From NCBI GenBank assembly GCA_023205875.1, contig CP060754.1:310001-374000 (forward strand): 64,000 nt of DNA, in the 5' to 3' direction. This DNA comes from Chloropicon primus. Taxonomy: Eukaryota. Below, piece by piece: positions 1 through 10,176 of this stretch. The notes beneath the pieces were generated by a model, which was given only the letters and a program-made list of their open reading frames with translations, was not told the origin of the DNA and ran no database searches. Every line of letters begins with the position of its first letter. Within the stretch, counting starts at the first letter, position 1. The translations under genes and the position numbers were made by a program.

Positions 1-2
1 AG

Positions 3-2279
3 GAGGAGTATCTCGGGGAAGAGCTGGAAGACGACGTCATTTTCGATGGGGGCTACCGCCTGTCCTCTGATCGGTACAACGAGTTATTTGATTACCAGAG
101 GACGGGGGTGAAGTGGCTGTGGGAGCTGCACAATCAGGGGGCAGGGGGTATACTTGGGGACGACATGGGTCTCGGGAAGACCGTGCAAGTGATTTCATTC
201 CTTGAAGGTCTCCTGAAAAGTGGAATGTACGACACGTCAATAATCGTATGTCCCGTGACTCTCATGTCACACTGGGCAAGGGAATTCAGGAGGTGGGCTC
301 CTATGTTCAAAGTCTTCATCCTGCACGACAGTTTCTTCAAAACCAATGCGCTGAAGGAGAGCCAGAAGAGGGGGTCCATGCAGTTCCGGGTGATCAACGC
401 TGCTTTGAAGTCGAGCAGGGGCATTCTCATCACCTCGTACGAGCAACTTCGGCTGAAGCAGGAGCACCTCTTGTGCTTTCAGTGGGGCTACGCAATCCTG
501 GACGAGGGCCACAAGATACGCAACCCAAATATCGAGCTTACCCTCGTCTGTAAGCAGCTGTCCACCCCTCACAGGATTGTCCTTACGGGCGCGCCGATAC
601 AGAACAGACTCGTTGAGATATGGTCCTTGTTTGACTTCGTCTTTCCGGGAAAGCTGGGAACTTTGCCGGTCTTCACCTCCCAGTTTTCGGTGCCGATACA
701 GATGGGCGGCTATGCTCACGCCTCAAAGCTTCAGATCACCACGGCATACAAGTGCGCTTTGATCCTCCGGGACCTGATAAGCCCGTACCTCCTGAGGCGT
801 AAGAAAGTGGATGTCAACATCAATCTCCCAAAAAAATCGGAGCACGTTCTGTTCTGCCTGCTTGGCGAGGAGCAGCTTGATTTGTACAGGGACTACCTGT
901 CCTCTCACGACTGTGCGTCGATCATGGAAGGGAAGATCGATCCCCTCGCGGGAATAGATACGATGAAGAAAATTTGTAATCACCCAGACCTCCTTGATTT
1001 GAACACGGAGTGCGTGACTGAGTACGGGGATCCGCAAAGGTCGGGCAAGCTCCAAGTCCTGATAAAAGTGCTCGAAAAGTGGTGCTGCGATGGACACAAA
1101 GTCCTCGTGTTCTCCCAGACGAGGCAGATGCTCAATATTATCGAACACGCCGTGCAGAAGATGGACTACAGGCACTTGAGGATGGATGGCACAACTGCGA
1201 TTCAGAGGAGGCAGCAGCTCGTGGATACCTTCAACGAGACGGAGGACATCAAAATATTTTGCTTGACCACCCGGGTTGGTGGCCTGGGCTTGAACCTGAC
1301 CGGGGCAGACAGGGTGATTCTGTACGACCCGGATTGGAACCCGTCCACCGATCTTCAGGCTCAAGAACGTTCGTGGCGGATCGGTCAGCAGAATGAGGTC
1401 GTGGTTTACAGATTGGTGACGAGCGGGACGATCGAGGAGAAGATATACAATCGCCAGATATTCAAGCAGTTTCTCACCAGTAAAGTGCTGGAGGACCCGA
1501 AGCAGAGGCGAGCCTTCCAGAACGAGGACATCCGCGAGTTGTTCGTCCTGGGGGACGAATACAAGGAGGGAAACAGCAACCTGAAGGAGATCACGAACAT
1601 TGAAGCACAGCTGATGCCCGACGAGATTGTAAAGGATGAGGATGGCGCAGGCTCTGGAGCGGCGAAGGAGTCGGTGATCTTGCAATCTCTCATGGAGGGA
1701 GATGTCGTCTCAAAGGCCCTGTGTCACGAAAAGATCATGACGGCGGACACTTCGGCGCCTCCGAGTTACGACCAGAAGGCGTCGGAGATTGCTCGCAGGG
1801 CAGCGGAGCTCATGAAGAAATCGCAAAGAGACTGCGCCTTGCACGCCGTTTCAACTCCCACTTGGACGGGCAACTCTGGGTCCGCAGGAGCCCCAAGGCT
1901 CGGCAGCGCAAAGTCTCCAGGAGTCCCGAGGTTCGGCAGCGCAAAGTCCTCCTCCACCAGGCGGTTTGGTGGGCCAGTGGGCATAGCTGGCATTGGCGGC
2001 GAGGTCTTGACGTCAAAGGAACTGGTTGAGCACATAAGGAAGAGGGATAGGGACGTGGCCGAGTACCAGGGCGAGGGAGAGGCCTTGGCAAAATCCCTTT
2101 TGGATGACGTCATCATTTACTTCAAAGGCAGAGGCGCATCCGCTGTCACGGAGGACATCGTGGAGCACTTTGACTACCTGGAGAAGGCCAAGTCCAGGCT
2201 ATTCAAGCAGGTTCTCAAGCAAGCTGCAAAGTTCAGCAGTGCCGAAGGTCTCTGGACGTTAAGGAGGGAATTCTTGTAA
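3..2279 (+). CDS. ERCC6: CSB/ERCC6/RAD26-type SNF2 ATPase (transcription-coupled repair); 5' end outside window
   Basis: The frame is open from the window start (…LFDYQRTGVKWLWELH). It has motif I GILGDDMGLGKT, DEGH, LTGAPIQN, LLRRKK, CNHPDL, GGLGLNLTGA, DPDWNP, QAQERSWRIGQ, the CSB-typical PTWTG motif and a C-terminal winged-helix-like FKQVLKQAA..W.L tail. Confidence 0.93.
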   Translation, partial: EEYLGEELEDDVIFDGGYRLSSDRYNELFDYQRTGVKWLWELHNQGAGGILGDDMGLGKTVQVISFLEGLLKSGMYDTSIIVCPVTLMSHWAREFRRWAPMFKVFILHDSFFKTNALKESQKRGSMQFRVINAALKSSRGILITSYEQLRLKQEHLLCFQWGYAILDEGHKIRNPNIELTLVCKQLSTPHRIVLTGAPIQNRLVEIWSLFDFVFPGKLGTLPVFTSQFSVPIQMGGYAHASKLQITTAYKCALILRDLISPYLLRRKKVDVNINLPKKSEHVLFCLLGEEQLDLYRDYLSSHDCASIMEGKIDPLAGIDTMKKICNHPDLLDLNTECVTEYGDPQRSGKLQVLIKVLEKWCCDGHKVLVFSQTRQMLNIIEHAVQKMDYRHLRMDGTTAIQRRQQLVDTFNETEDIKIFCLTTRVGGLGLNLTGADRVILYDPDWNPSTDLQAQERSWRIGQQNEVVVYRLVTSGTIEEKIYNRQIFKQFLTSKVLEDPKQRRAFQNEDIRELFVLGDEYKEGNSNLKEITNIEAQLMPDEIVKDEDGAGSGAAKESVILQSLMEGDVVSKALCHEKIMTADTSAPPSYDQKASEIARRAAELMKKSQRDCALHAVSTPTWTGNSGSAGAPRLGSAKSPGVPRFGSAKSSSTRRFGGPVGIAGIGGEVLTSKELVEHIRKRDRDVAEYQGEGEALAKSLLDDVIIYFKGRGASAVTEDIVEHFDYLEKAKSRLFKQVLKQAAKFSSAEGLWTLRREFL

Positions 2280-2355
2280 ACAAAATTATGTAATGAATAT
2301 GAATAATGATATATAAATTAGGTTTATATAAATTAGATATCTATTTATCTATATA

Positions 2356-2391
2356 TTTTCGTGCTTTTCGTGCTTTTCGTGCTTTTCCTGC
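2356..2391. repeat. 9-bp tandem repeat (TTTTCGTGC)x3 plus one imperfect copy
   Basis: Directly visible after the AT-rich CSB 3' region. Confidence 0.85.
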
Positions 2392-2613
2392 CATCTTCTG
2401 CTCTGGCCACGTTGGAATGAGGAAGGGGAAGGCTACGGAGGGTTCAGGCAAGGGTTACTGGGTTCGTGCGGAGGCTCACCCCGTGGCCCGGTTGGTTTGT
2501 CTCTGCAGGGGAGCGAAAGAAGGAGCGGCGGCGGACCCGTTTTGTAGCTTTTTCGCTGTCCTGGGAACAAAATACGACAAAAATAGATAAGCACACAAAA
2601 GATAAGGACCAAA

Positions 2614-5600
2614 ATGGCAGCCTATGAGGTGCCCGCGGACCCGGGACCTTCCGGTGAGGAGGACCGCCCAAGACCCAGGTCAGCGTCCCAGTCCCAGAGG
2701 AACAAGGATAACTGGAAGAAAGCCGTCCTTGTACTCAACGCTGCACGCCGCTTCCGAGAAGCCGGAGGCAGGAAATCAAACAAGGCAGTCAAGGAAGGCG
2801 ATGCCGAGGCCCCGGCGATAAAAACTCCACGGAGTTCTCAGGATCTCAAGGAGGTCATGGACATTGAGCTGGGCTATGACTACACCATAAGCCCGGAGGA
2901 GCTCGTGGACCTTCTTACCCTTCCCACGGACATAGAAAACTTGAAGAGGTACGGCACAAGTGCAGACATTGCTAGGAAGCTCAAGGTGAACACGGCGTGT
3001 GGCGTGGAAACAAAGGAGGTGCAAAAGCGCCTGGACTACTTTGGCAGCAACGTCATACCCGATCCGCCCCACAAAAAGTTCTTGGCTTACGTTTGGGACG
3101 CTTGCCAGGACGTTACGCTTATTATCCTCATGTTCTGCGCCGTGGCCTCCCTCATCGCCGGGCTAGCAGCGGAGGGGGTGGAGGAGGGCTGGTATGACGG
3201 AGTTGGAATTTCCGTTGCCATCGTCGCGGTGATCATGATAACAGCTGTCCAGGACTACAGGCAAGACTTGCAGTTCAGGGAGCTTGACGCAAAGACGAAG
3301 GACATCATCCTTCACGTCACCAGAGATGGAAGCGCAAGTGAAATCTCGATCACCCAGCTCGTTGTGGGCGACATTGTGAACCTCTCGACAGGTGACCAGA
3401 TCCCAGCAGACGGTCTGGTGCTGAGCTCGCAAGCCCTTGAGGTGGATGAGTCCAGCATGACGGGGGAGAGTGACCTGGTGAAGAAAGATAAGCTCAAGAA
3501 TCCCTTCCTGCTCTCTGGAACGAAGGTTACTGATGGTTACGGTTCGATGTTGGTCACTGGCGTTGGGGTGAACACCGAGTGGGGCAAGTTGATGTGTGTG
3601 GACTCAGCTGCAAACGAGAAGGCGTTGGAGAGGCTGGACGAACAGTTCGCGAACAAAGAGATCTCCGAGGAGGAGTACAAGGATAAGAAGGAAGAAATGG
3701 GCGCCACCGAGCAAGAGACCCCTCTTCAGATTCGCTTGAACGACATGGCCACAAAAATTGGAAAGGGGGGACTCACTGTAGCGATACTGGTTCTCCTCGT
3801 GAGAATTGCCAAATTTCTTGTGTACAAATACGGCAGCGGGAATGAAAACTACGGCCACGGGAAGAGCGATAGCGAACTTCTTGTCCACGACATATCAATA
3901 GCAGTGACGATCGTTGTAGTCGCAGTGCCGGAAGGATTGCCCTTGGCAGTCACCCTGAGTCTGGCCTACTCCATGCAGAAGATGTATAGTGACAACAGCC
4001 TGGTGAGGAGGCTGAAGGCTTGCGAGGCCATGGGTGGTGCAACGAACATCTGCAGCGATAAGACTGGAACCCTCACAACGAACCGCATGACGGTAGTCCA
4101 GGTCTGGCTGGCCAATCAGCTGTTCAAGGACCAGGAGAAAGACTGCAGTGATGTGAAGGAGAAGGTCCCGGAGAAGATTCTCAAGGATAGCATCGCTTCG
4201 ATCTGCCTCAACTCTGAGGTGCAGGTGAGCAAAAACGAAGATGGGTCGCCTCTCTACACGGGCAAGGCTACCGAGATCGCCCTTGTGAAGTACGCCCTGC
4301 AGCTGGGTGCCAACTTGGACGAGGTGCGCGAGGAGTTCAAGGTCGTGAAAGTGGAGCCCTTCAACTCAGCGAAGAAGAAGATGGGAACGCTGTGTCAGAG
4401 GAAGGACGGCAAGTACTTTGTTTTCTGGAAGGGTGCGTCTGAGATCGTTCTTGACGATTGCGCCTTCCTTGCCTACCCAGGCGACAGCAAGAAAAAGCTG
4501 AGCGAGGCCACCAAAGAGGAGGTGAAGGGAATCATTCAAGGCATGGCCGAGAACAGTCTGCGCACTATTTGTGTGTCGTACAAGGAAGTTAAACCCGACT
4601 TCATGAAGAAGTTCGACGTCGAGAGTGACGACATACCAAGCAATGGCCTGACCTGCTTGAGCATTGCGGGGATCAAGGACCCGTGCAGACCCGGTGTTCC
4701 CGAGGCGGTGAAGAAGTGCCAGCACGCAGGAATCGTAGTAAGGATGATCACGGGAGATAACATCACCACCGCCAAGGCCATCGCCAGGGAGTGCAACATT
4801 CTCACGGAGGATGGGCTCGCTATCGAGGGCAAGGAGTTCAGGGCGATGTCCTACGCAGAGAGGATCAAGAAATTCGGTCCAAAGCTGGAGAAGATGCAGG
4901 TCATGGCCAGGTCCTCCCCAACCGACAAGTTCGACCTTGTTCACATGCTGAAAACTCTGGACGAGGTCGTGGCTGTGACTGGCGACGGAACAAACGATGC
5001 GAGGGCGCTGCGCGAGGCAGACATTGGCTGCTCCATGGGAATCACGGGCACGGAAGTGGCCAAGCAAAGCAGCGACATCGTTATCTTGGACGACAACTTC
5101 ACCACGATCGTGACGATGGTGAGGTGGGGAAGGTGCATCTACAACAACATCCAGAAGTTCCTCGCTTTCCAGCTTACGGTGAACGTGGTGGCCCTCTCCA
5201 TTAACTTTGTGGGCGCCGTTGTGCCGGGAGCGGAACCGCCATTCAGCCCCGTGCAGCTGCTTTGGGTGAACATGATCATGGACAGCATGGGGGCCCTCGC
5301 CCTCGGAACTGAGGATCCAACCGAGTCTCTTATGGACAACAAGCCTTATGGAAGGCACGACCCTCTCGTGACCCCAATTATGTGGAGAAATATCTTGGGC
5401 CAGGCCGCTTTCCAGCTCATCGTGCTGTTCATCTTCCTCTTTGAGGGAGACAAGCTCTTTAATTTGGACAAGGACATCGACCACGAGCTCACGATACTGA
5501 ATACGATCATCTTCAACTGCTTCGTGTTCTGCCAGATCTTCAACGAGATGAACGCGAGGGACATGGAGAAGCTGAACGTCTTTGAGAGCTTCTTTACGAA

Positions 5601-5931
5601 CCAGCTGTTCCTCTTCATCATCGTCATTTCGTGCGTGTTCCAGGTCATCATCGTGGAGTTCTTCGGCCAGGGAGCGTCCGTGGCGTCCCTCAGCTGGCAG
5701 CAGTGGCTCATCAGCGTCGGCATAGCCTCTATCACCATCCCCATGGGCATTGTGATCAAGCTCTTGCCTGTCGGGGAGAAGGGTCCTTGGACCTTGTACC
5801 AGGAGTGGACCGACGAAGGACAGGACAGAAGCTACCTCGAGAAGAGGCTGGCGGACGTGGAGAACGAGCTGAGCCAGCTGAAGGAGAAGCTGGCCCAGGT
5901 CCTCTCTCTCCAGGGATCGAAGAAGGTGTGA
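2614..5931 (+). CDS. P-type IIB (autoinhibited ACA/PMCA-like) Ca2+-transporting ATPase
   Basis: Has the DKTGTLT phosphorylation site, TGES, PEGLPLAV, KGASE and GDGTND. The N-terminal WKKAVLVLNAARRFR resembles the calmodulin-binding autoinhibitory segment of plant ACAs. Confidence 0.95.
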   Translation: MAAYEVPADPGPSGEEDRPRPRSASQSQRNKDNWKKAVLVLNAARRFREAGGRKSNKAVKEGDAEAPAIKTPRSSQDLKEVMDIELGYDYTISPEELVDLLTLPTDIENLKRYGTSADIARKLKVNTACGVETKEVQKRLDYFGSNVIPDPPHKKFLAYVWDACQDVTLIILMFCAVASLIAGLAAEGVEEGWYDGVGISVAIVAVIMITAVQDYRQDLQFRELDAKTKDIILHVTRDGSASEISITQLVVGDIVNLSTGDQIPADGLVLSSQALEVDESSMTGESDLVKKDKLKNPFLLSGTKVTDGYGSMLVTGVGVNTEWGKLMCVDSAANEKALERLDEQFANKEISEEEYKDKKEEMGATEQETPLQIRLNDMATKIGKGGLTVAILVLLVRIAKFLVYKYGSGNENYGHGKSDSELLVHDISIAVTIVVVAVPEGLPLAVTLSLAYSMQKMYSDNSLVRRLKACEAMGGATNICSDKTGTLTTNRMTVVQVWLANQLFKDQEKDCSDVKEKVPEKILKDSIASICLNSEVQVSKNEDGSPLYTGKATEIALVKYALQLGANLDEVREEFKVVKVEPFNSAKKKMGTLCQRKDGKYFVFWKGASEIVLDDCAFLAYPGDSKKKLSEATKEEVKGIIQGMAENSLRTICVSYKEVKPDFMKKFDVESDDIPSNGLTCLSIAGIKDPCRPGVPEAVKKCQHAGIVVRMITGDNITTAKAIARECNILTEDGLAIEGKEFRAMSYAERIKKFGPKLEKMQVMARSSPTDKFDLVHMLKTLDEVVAVTGDGTNDARALREADIGCSMGITGTEVAKQSSDIVILDDNFTTIVTMVRWGRCIYNNIQKFLAFQLTVNVVALSINFVGAVVPGAEPPFSPVQLLWVNMIMDSMGALALGTEDPTESLMDNKPYGRHDPLVTPIMWRNILGQAAFQLIVLFIFLFEGDKLFNLDKDIDHELTILNTIIFNCFVFCQIFNEMNARDMEKLNVFESFFTNQLFLFIIVISCVFQVIIVEFFGQGASVASLSWQQWLISVGIASITIPMGIVIKLLPVGEKGPWTLYQEWTDEGQDRSYLEKRLADVENELSQLKEKLAQVLSLQGSKKV

Positions 5932-6040
5932 GAGGCACGGAGGAAGAGGGTTTACAAACGCGGAAAATTAATATACACAAACAAACAAACAAAATAAAGC
6001 CTCTTTTCTTCTCCAGAGCTCCTCCTCGCTCTCCACCTCC

Positions 6041-6382
6041 TCACCCCACGTAGGAGATCGAGACGAAGAAGAGAAACACGCATGCGACGCAGTAGTCCGC
6101 GAACACTTTCTCCAGATTGCCCAGTTTGTCCGCTCCCTCCGTCTGAGTCACGTCTATTTGCATTCTGAAGCACACCGTGAGCACGGCGAAGCCCAAGGTG
6201 CAGAAGAAGCCGCCCAGGAAAGCGTTGTAGGGAAAGCTTCCGAACAGGTTCATGTAAGCGAACTGCAGCGCGGCGACCGTGAGGGCGTACAATATGAAGC
6301 AGTCCACGATCTTCAGCAGCTTCGGCGTCTTCGAGTACTCTCGCGAGAACACCTGCACGATCTCCTTGAGATCGCCCAACAT
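6041..6382 (-). CDS. DAD1: Oligosaccharyltransferase subunit DAD1/OST2
   Basis: 113 aa with TPKLLKIVD, G.FPYNAFLGGF and FADY..A motifs. A probable 5'-UTR intron acceptor (ttcag) lies just upstream of the ATG. Confidence 0.93.
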   Translation of the reverse strand: MLGDLKEIVQVFSREYSKTPKLLKIVDCFILYALTVAALQFAYMNLFGSFPYNAFLGGFFCTLGFAVLTVCFRMQIDVTQTEGADKLGNLEKVFADYCVACVFLFFVSISYVG

Positions 6383-6767
6383 ACTTGTCCCCCTGAAGTG
6401 TCACCACACGCGTCTCCCCCGTTCCCAAGCCTCCTCCACGGCACGCACGCGCACGCACGCAAAAAGAAGAGGAAGCAGAGAGCACCGCGTCCCTCCCTCC
6501 GTCCAAGTGGCACCTCCGGTACCGGACTTCGTCGACGACTGTCTCGCCCCCCAGCAAGCGCGCTGAGCACAAAAGGAAACCTTCCAAAAACCCTGCTCAC
6601 TATAGGTGTACACAATATTGCATCGATTCATACCAAATTCTTCGATTGTAGAAAACCCGTCTTTTCTTTTTGCGCCGCCAGAAGGAGGAGAAGGAGAAAG
6701 AGAGCCGAGAAGAGAGCAGCAAAGGGAGGAGGACAAGCGGCGCAGAGTGCACGAGACGATAGCAAAG

Positions 6768-7461
6768 ATGGTGAGTACGAGGGCTTGAGAGAGGGGCGGG
6801 TGGGGTGGGGGTCGCGAGAAAGATGGGCGGACTTCGGAGGGGCGTTGCCGAGCGGCGCGAGAGCCTTTGGCAGGCGAGAGGCGTTCGCCCGTGGGGGGGC
6901 TTTGGCTTGCGGGTCTGGGTTGATGGACGGGGCACGCTTCGCGCGGCGGTGCTTCTTGCCCTAGTTCGTCAGGCAGACCCCGAGGCGGCGGACCTCCGAA
7001 GGTATCGCGTCGTCGAAGTGCCTTGGTCGCGCACCCGGCGCTTGCGTGCGCGCGCTTGGGTCTTTGGCCGAGGCATTCCCCCCCGTCGAGAAAGGTTTCT
7101 CGACCCCCCTGCTCGCCAAGGCGAAGCGCGCCCCGTTGGTGCCTCCACAAGAGCGCGGACCCCCCCTCTTCGGAATGATTTGCGCGGCTTCGCCGGAACT
7201 CGAAAGCTGACCCAACTTGTTTTCCTCCCCTTCTTCTTTCCTCCTCGTCTGCAGCCAAAGCAAATTCACGAAATCAAGGACTTCCTGTTGACGGCCCGTA
7301 GAAAGGATGCCCGCTCCGTGAAGATCAAGAAGACCGGAGACGTCACCAAGTTCAAGGTTCGCTGCTCCAAGTACCTGTACACCTTGTGCGTTACCGACTC
7401 CGACAAGGCCGATAAGTTGAAGCAGTCTCTGCCTCCAGGACTTCACGTTCAGGATCTCTAA
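6768..7461 (+). CDS. RPL38: 60S ribosomal protein L38 (eL38); exons 6768-6770 (ATG only) and 7255-7461
   Basis: ATG|gtgagt … ctgcag|CCAAAG splices to [20 protein letters not shown]…[13 protein letters not shown]…[10 protein letters not shown]. Confidence 0.96.
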
Positions 7462-7920
7462 GCACGCAACACATTATTGTGCGCACGGGACCTTGTTAGA
7501 ATAGAAAAAAAATGCTTTATTAAATCAGCTGAGCTTTATTGACGAAGTTTAGTTTTGTTCAACGCGCGCGTGCCCGGTCTCCTCCGGCGGTCTCCCGAAG
7601 AGGCCTCCGCCTCGAAAGCGCCGGGGTCTCTCGTGGACCCCCTCCCCGATCTTGGTCGCAAGCCCTCTCGTCGTCTCACAAAGCTCTCAGCCACTCTCTC
7701 TCCCGTCCCATGCACCCCCCTCTGTCTCCGCCCTCTTCCCCGAGCCGCGACTCTCGTGTTCCCTGGCCCTCCCTCCCTTTCCGATCTCCGCAAAAAGCAA
7801 GCGAGTTTTCATCGGGGGAGGCCAAGGTGCGGAGAGAGAGAGACACGCAATCGAGGCAGAGGGCGTACAACTCGCGGTTTCGAGTCCTTGGGGGCCTTTC
7901 GCAGCACAGCTTAGGTAAAG

Positions 7921-9018
7921 ATGAGGGGGGAGACGAACGGGGGCGTGGAAAGCACCACTGCTTCAGGGAAACGCGTGTTCCGGTTTTGGCACCACGACTT
8001 TGAGGTGGACCAAAAGTACGAGCCTTTGAGGCCCATTGGTCGCGGGGCCTACGGCATGGTCTGCGCCGCAAAGGACTTGGAGACGGGGCAGAAGTGTGCC
8101 GTGAAGAAGATAACCAACGCGTTTGACAACAAGGTGGACGCCCTTCGGACTCTGAGGGAGATCAAGATACTCAGGCACCTCAAGGACCACGAGAACATAA
8201 TCATTATGCTGGACATCATGAAACCCGTCAGCAGGGATAAGTTCGAGGACGTTTACCTCGTCAGCGAGCTCATGGACACGGACCTCCACCAGGTCATTAG
8301 GTCCCCGCAAAAGCTTTCTGACGACCACATTCAGTACTTTGTGTACCAAATTCTGAGGGGTTTGAAGTACATTCACTCCGCGAACGTGCTTCACCGCGAC
8401 CTCAAGCCCAGCAACCTCCTCCTGAACGCTTCCTGCGACCTCAAGATCTGCGACTTTGGCCTTGCAAGGACCAAGAACGAGGAGGGGTTCATGACAGAGT
8501 ATGTGGTGACGCGCTGGTACCGGGCTCCAGAGCTCCTGCTTTCCTGCGAGGACAGCAAAAGCGAGTACTCGAGCGCGATTGATATGTGGTCCGTCGGCTG
8601 CATCTTCGCGGAGCTCCTGGGGAGGAAGCCCCTCTTCCCCGGGAAGGACTACTTCCACCAGCTCAAGCTCATCATGCAGGTCCTTGGCAAGCCCTGCAAG
8701 GAGGACCTCCACTTTGTGACGAGTGACAAGGTTCGGACTTACATAGAGACCCTGAACATAGAGAACCCCGATAGCATAGACAAGAAGTTCACGGACATCA
8801 ACCCGCTGGCGGTCGACCTGTGCAAGAAGATGCTGCAGTTCAACCCGGGGAAGCGGATCACGGTGGAGGAGGCTCTGAGCCACCCGTACTTGCAGTCGCT
8901 CCACAGCCTGAACACGGAGCCAACTTCCATGGCAGAGTTTTCCTTCGACTTTGATGACGCGGACCTCAGCCTCGAGACGATACAGGAGATGGTTTACGAC
9001 GAGATAATGAGCTTGTAA
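7921..9018 (+). CDS. Mitogen-activated protein kinase (TEY type)
   Basis: Motifs [18 protein letters not shown] and [14 protein letters not shown]. Confidence 0.95.
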   Translation: MRGETNGGVESTTASGKRVFRFWHHDFEVDQKYEPLRPIGRGAYGMVCAAKDLETGQKCAVKKITNAFDNKVDALRTLREIKILRHLKDHENIIIMLDIMKPVSRDKFEDVYLVSELMDTDLHQVIRSPQKLSDDHIQYFVYQILRGLKYIHSANVLHRDLKPSNLLLNASCDLKICDFGLARTKNEEGFMTEYVVTRWYRAPELLLSCEDSKSEYSSAIDMWSVGCIFAELLGRKPLFPGKDYFHQLKLIMQVLGKPCKEDLHFVTSDKVRTYIETLNIENPDSIDKKFTDINPLAVDLCKKMLQFNPGKRITVEEALSHPYLQSLHSLNTEPTSMAEFSFDFDDADLSLETIQEMVYDEIMSL

Positions 9019-9173
9019 CAATAGAGTTTTACTACTGCTGCTGCTGCTGCTATGTTGTTTTTGTTCGTTTTTGTCGTTGTTGTTGTCGCTGCTGCGCTTC
9101 TCTTGCTGCGTTTGCTTTCCTTTATTTTTTCCTCTCCTCTCCGCCTTGGTGCACCCTGGAACGTCCAAGCCAG

Positions 9174-9902
9174 CTATAAGAGCGTGAAGGACTTTGCAAC
9201 GAACAGGAGCTTGTCCTTCATGATGGGCCACCTCCTCTCGTTCGCCCCTGTGGTGATGGTGTACAACTTACCCTTCTGCACGCCCAGAACAGTCAGCGAG
9301 TGCCTCGTGAAGTTCTTCGCCTTGGCCGTGTATTCGATCGTGTAGTACTTGAGCCCCTCGTTCTCCCTCTCCTCGGCGCTCAGCACCGTCCCTTCCTGCG
9401 TCGGGGGAACCAAGACCTGCTTCACGAGCGTGTTCGCCAACGGCTTGACTTCTCCGTACTCCGTGATGGACTCCTTGTTCGTGGGCAGAATCTCGAGGGA
9501 AAGGCTCTCGAGGGGCTCGATGATGTCCTTCACCGTCACCTCGGCGCCGTCCACGGAGACTTCCTGCCACCCGAACGGGTACAGGAAGGCGTATCCCTTC
9601 TGGACGTTCTTCACCGCCGAGTACCCCGCGGGAATCTTGGCCTGCGCCTCCCCCCCCGCAACCGTGGCGCTGGCGCTCATGGCCAGGAGGGACAGGGCCT
9701 GCCTCCTCGTGAAGTCGCTCTCCTCGCTAGCCATCGCCCTGTTGTTGGACTCCTCCCCCTCGTGCGCGCGTGGGACCAACGCCCCGCCCCTCTCGCTGCC
9801 ATGCCTCCGCGCGCTCGACCTCTCGCCCACCAACCCAGACCTCCTCGCGGCACCGCTGCTCGCGGTCCTCAACGATCTCGACGTCGCGGCCGTGCTCCTC
9901 AT
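9174..9902 (-). CDS. PsbP-like thylakoid lumen protein (PPL1-like)
   Basis: The first ATG is at 9902. It has a transit peptide, twin-Arg TRRQALSLL, an AQA cleavage site and a PsbP-family core (GYAFLYPFGWQEV, KDIIEPLE, G.LYT.T…E.RW, SF). Confidence 0.88.
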   Translation of the reverse strand: MRSTAATSRSLRTASSGAARRSGLVGERSSARRHGSERGGALVPRAHEGEESNNRAMASEESDFTRRQALSLLAMSASATVAGGEAQAKIPAGYSAVKNVQKGYAFLYPFGWQEVSVDGAEVTVKDIIEPLESLSLEILPTNKESITEYGEVKPLANTLVKQVLVPPTQEGTVLSAEERENEGLKYYTIEYTAKAKNFTRHSLTVLGVQKGKLYTITTGANERRWPIMKDKLLFVAKSFTLL

Positions 9903-9967
9903 CCTTGTCACCACGGGAACGGGAACTCCTCTCCTTCTCTCGCTCGCTCTCTCCAATTAGCGCATGC

Positions 9968-10003
9968 AATTTGTGGCCCACATGCATATGTGGGCCACAA
10001 ATT
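9968..10003. repeat. Perfect 16-bp inverted repeat with 4-nt spacer
   Basis: AATTTGTGGCCCACAT-gcat-ATGTGGGCCACAAATT. Confidence 0.95.
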
Positions 10004-10176
10004 AAGTGAAGGGGGGGAGGGAGGGACACAGAGCCCTGGTTGCGATTGATGTACTACATTTGAACCGAACTATTTCTTCTTGCTAGTTTGTGATGCACCA
10101 GGCTACTTATGGCCTCCCCTCTCTCCGAGGCTCGAGGAATCGCTTGAGATCCGTCCTCCGCACGACGCGGGCCGGC

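Noticed and set aside
1896..1952. Short duplicated segment in CSB (RLGSAKS/RFGSAKS)
   Set aside because: A small in-frame duplication in a disordered linker, with no sign of special function.
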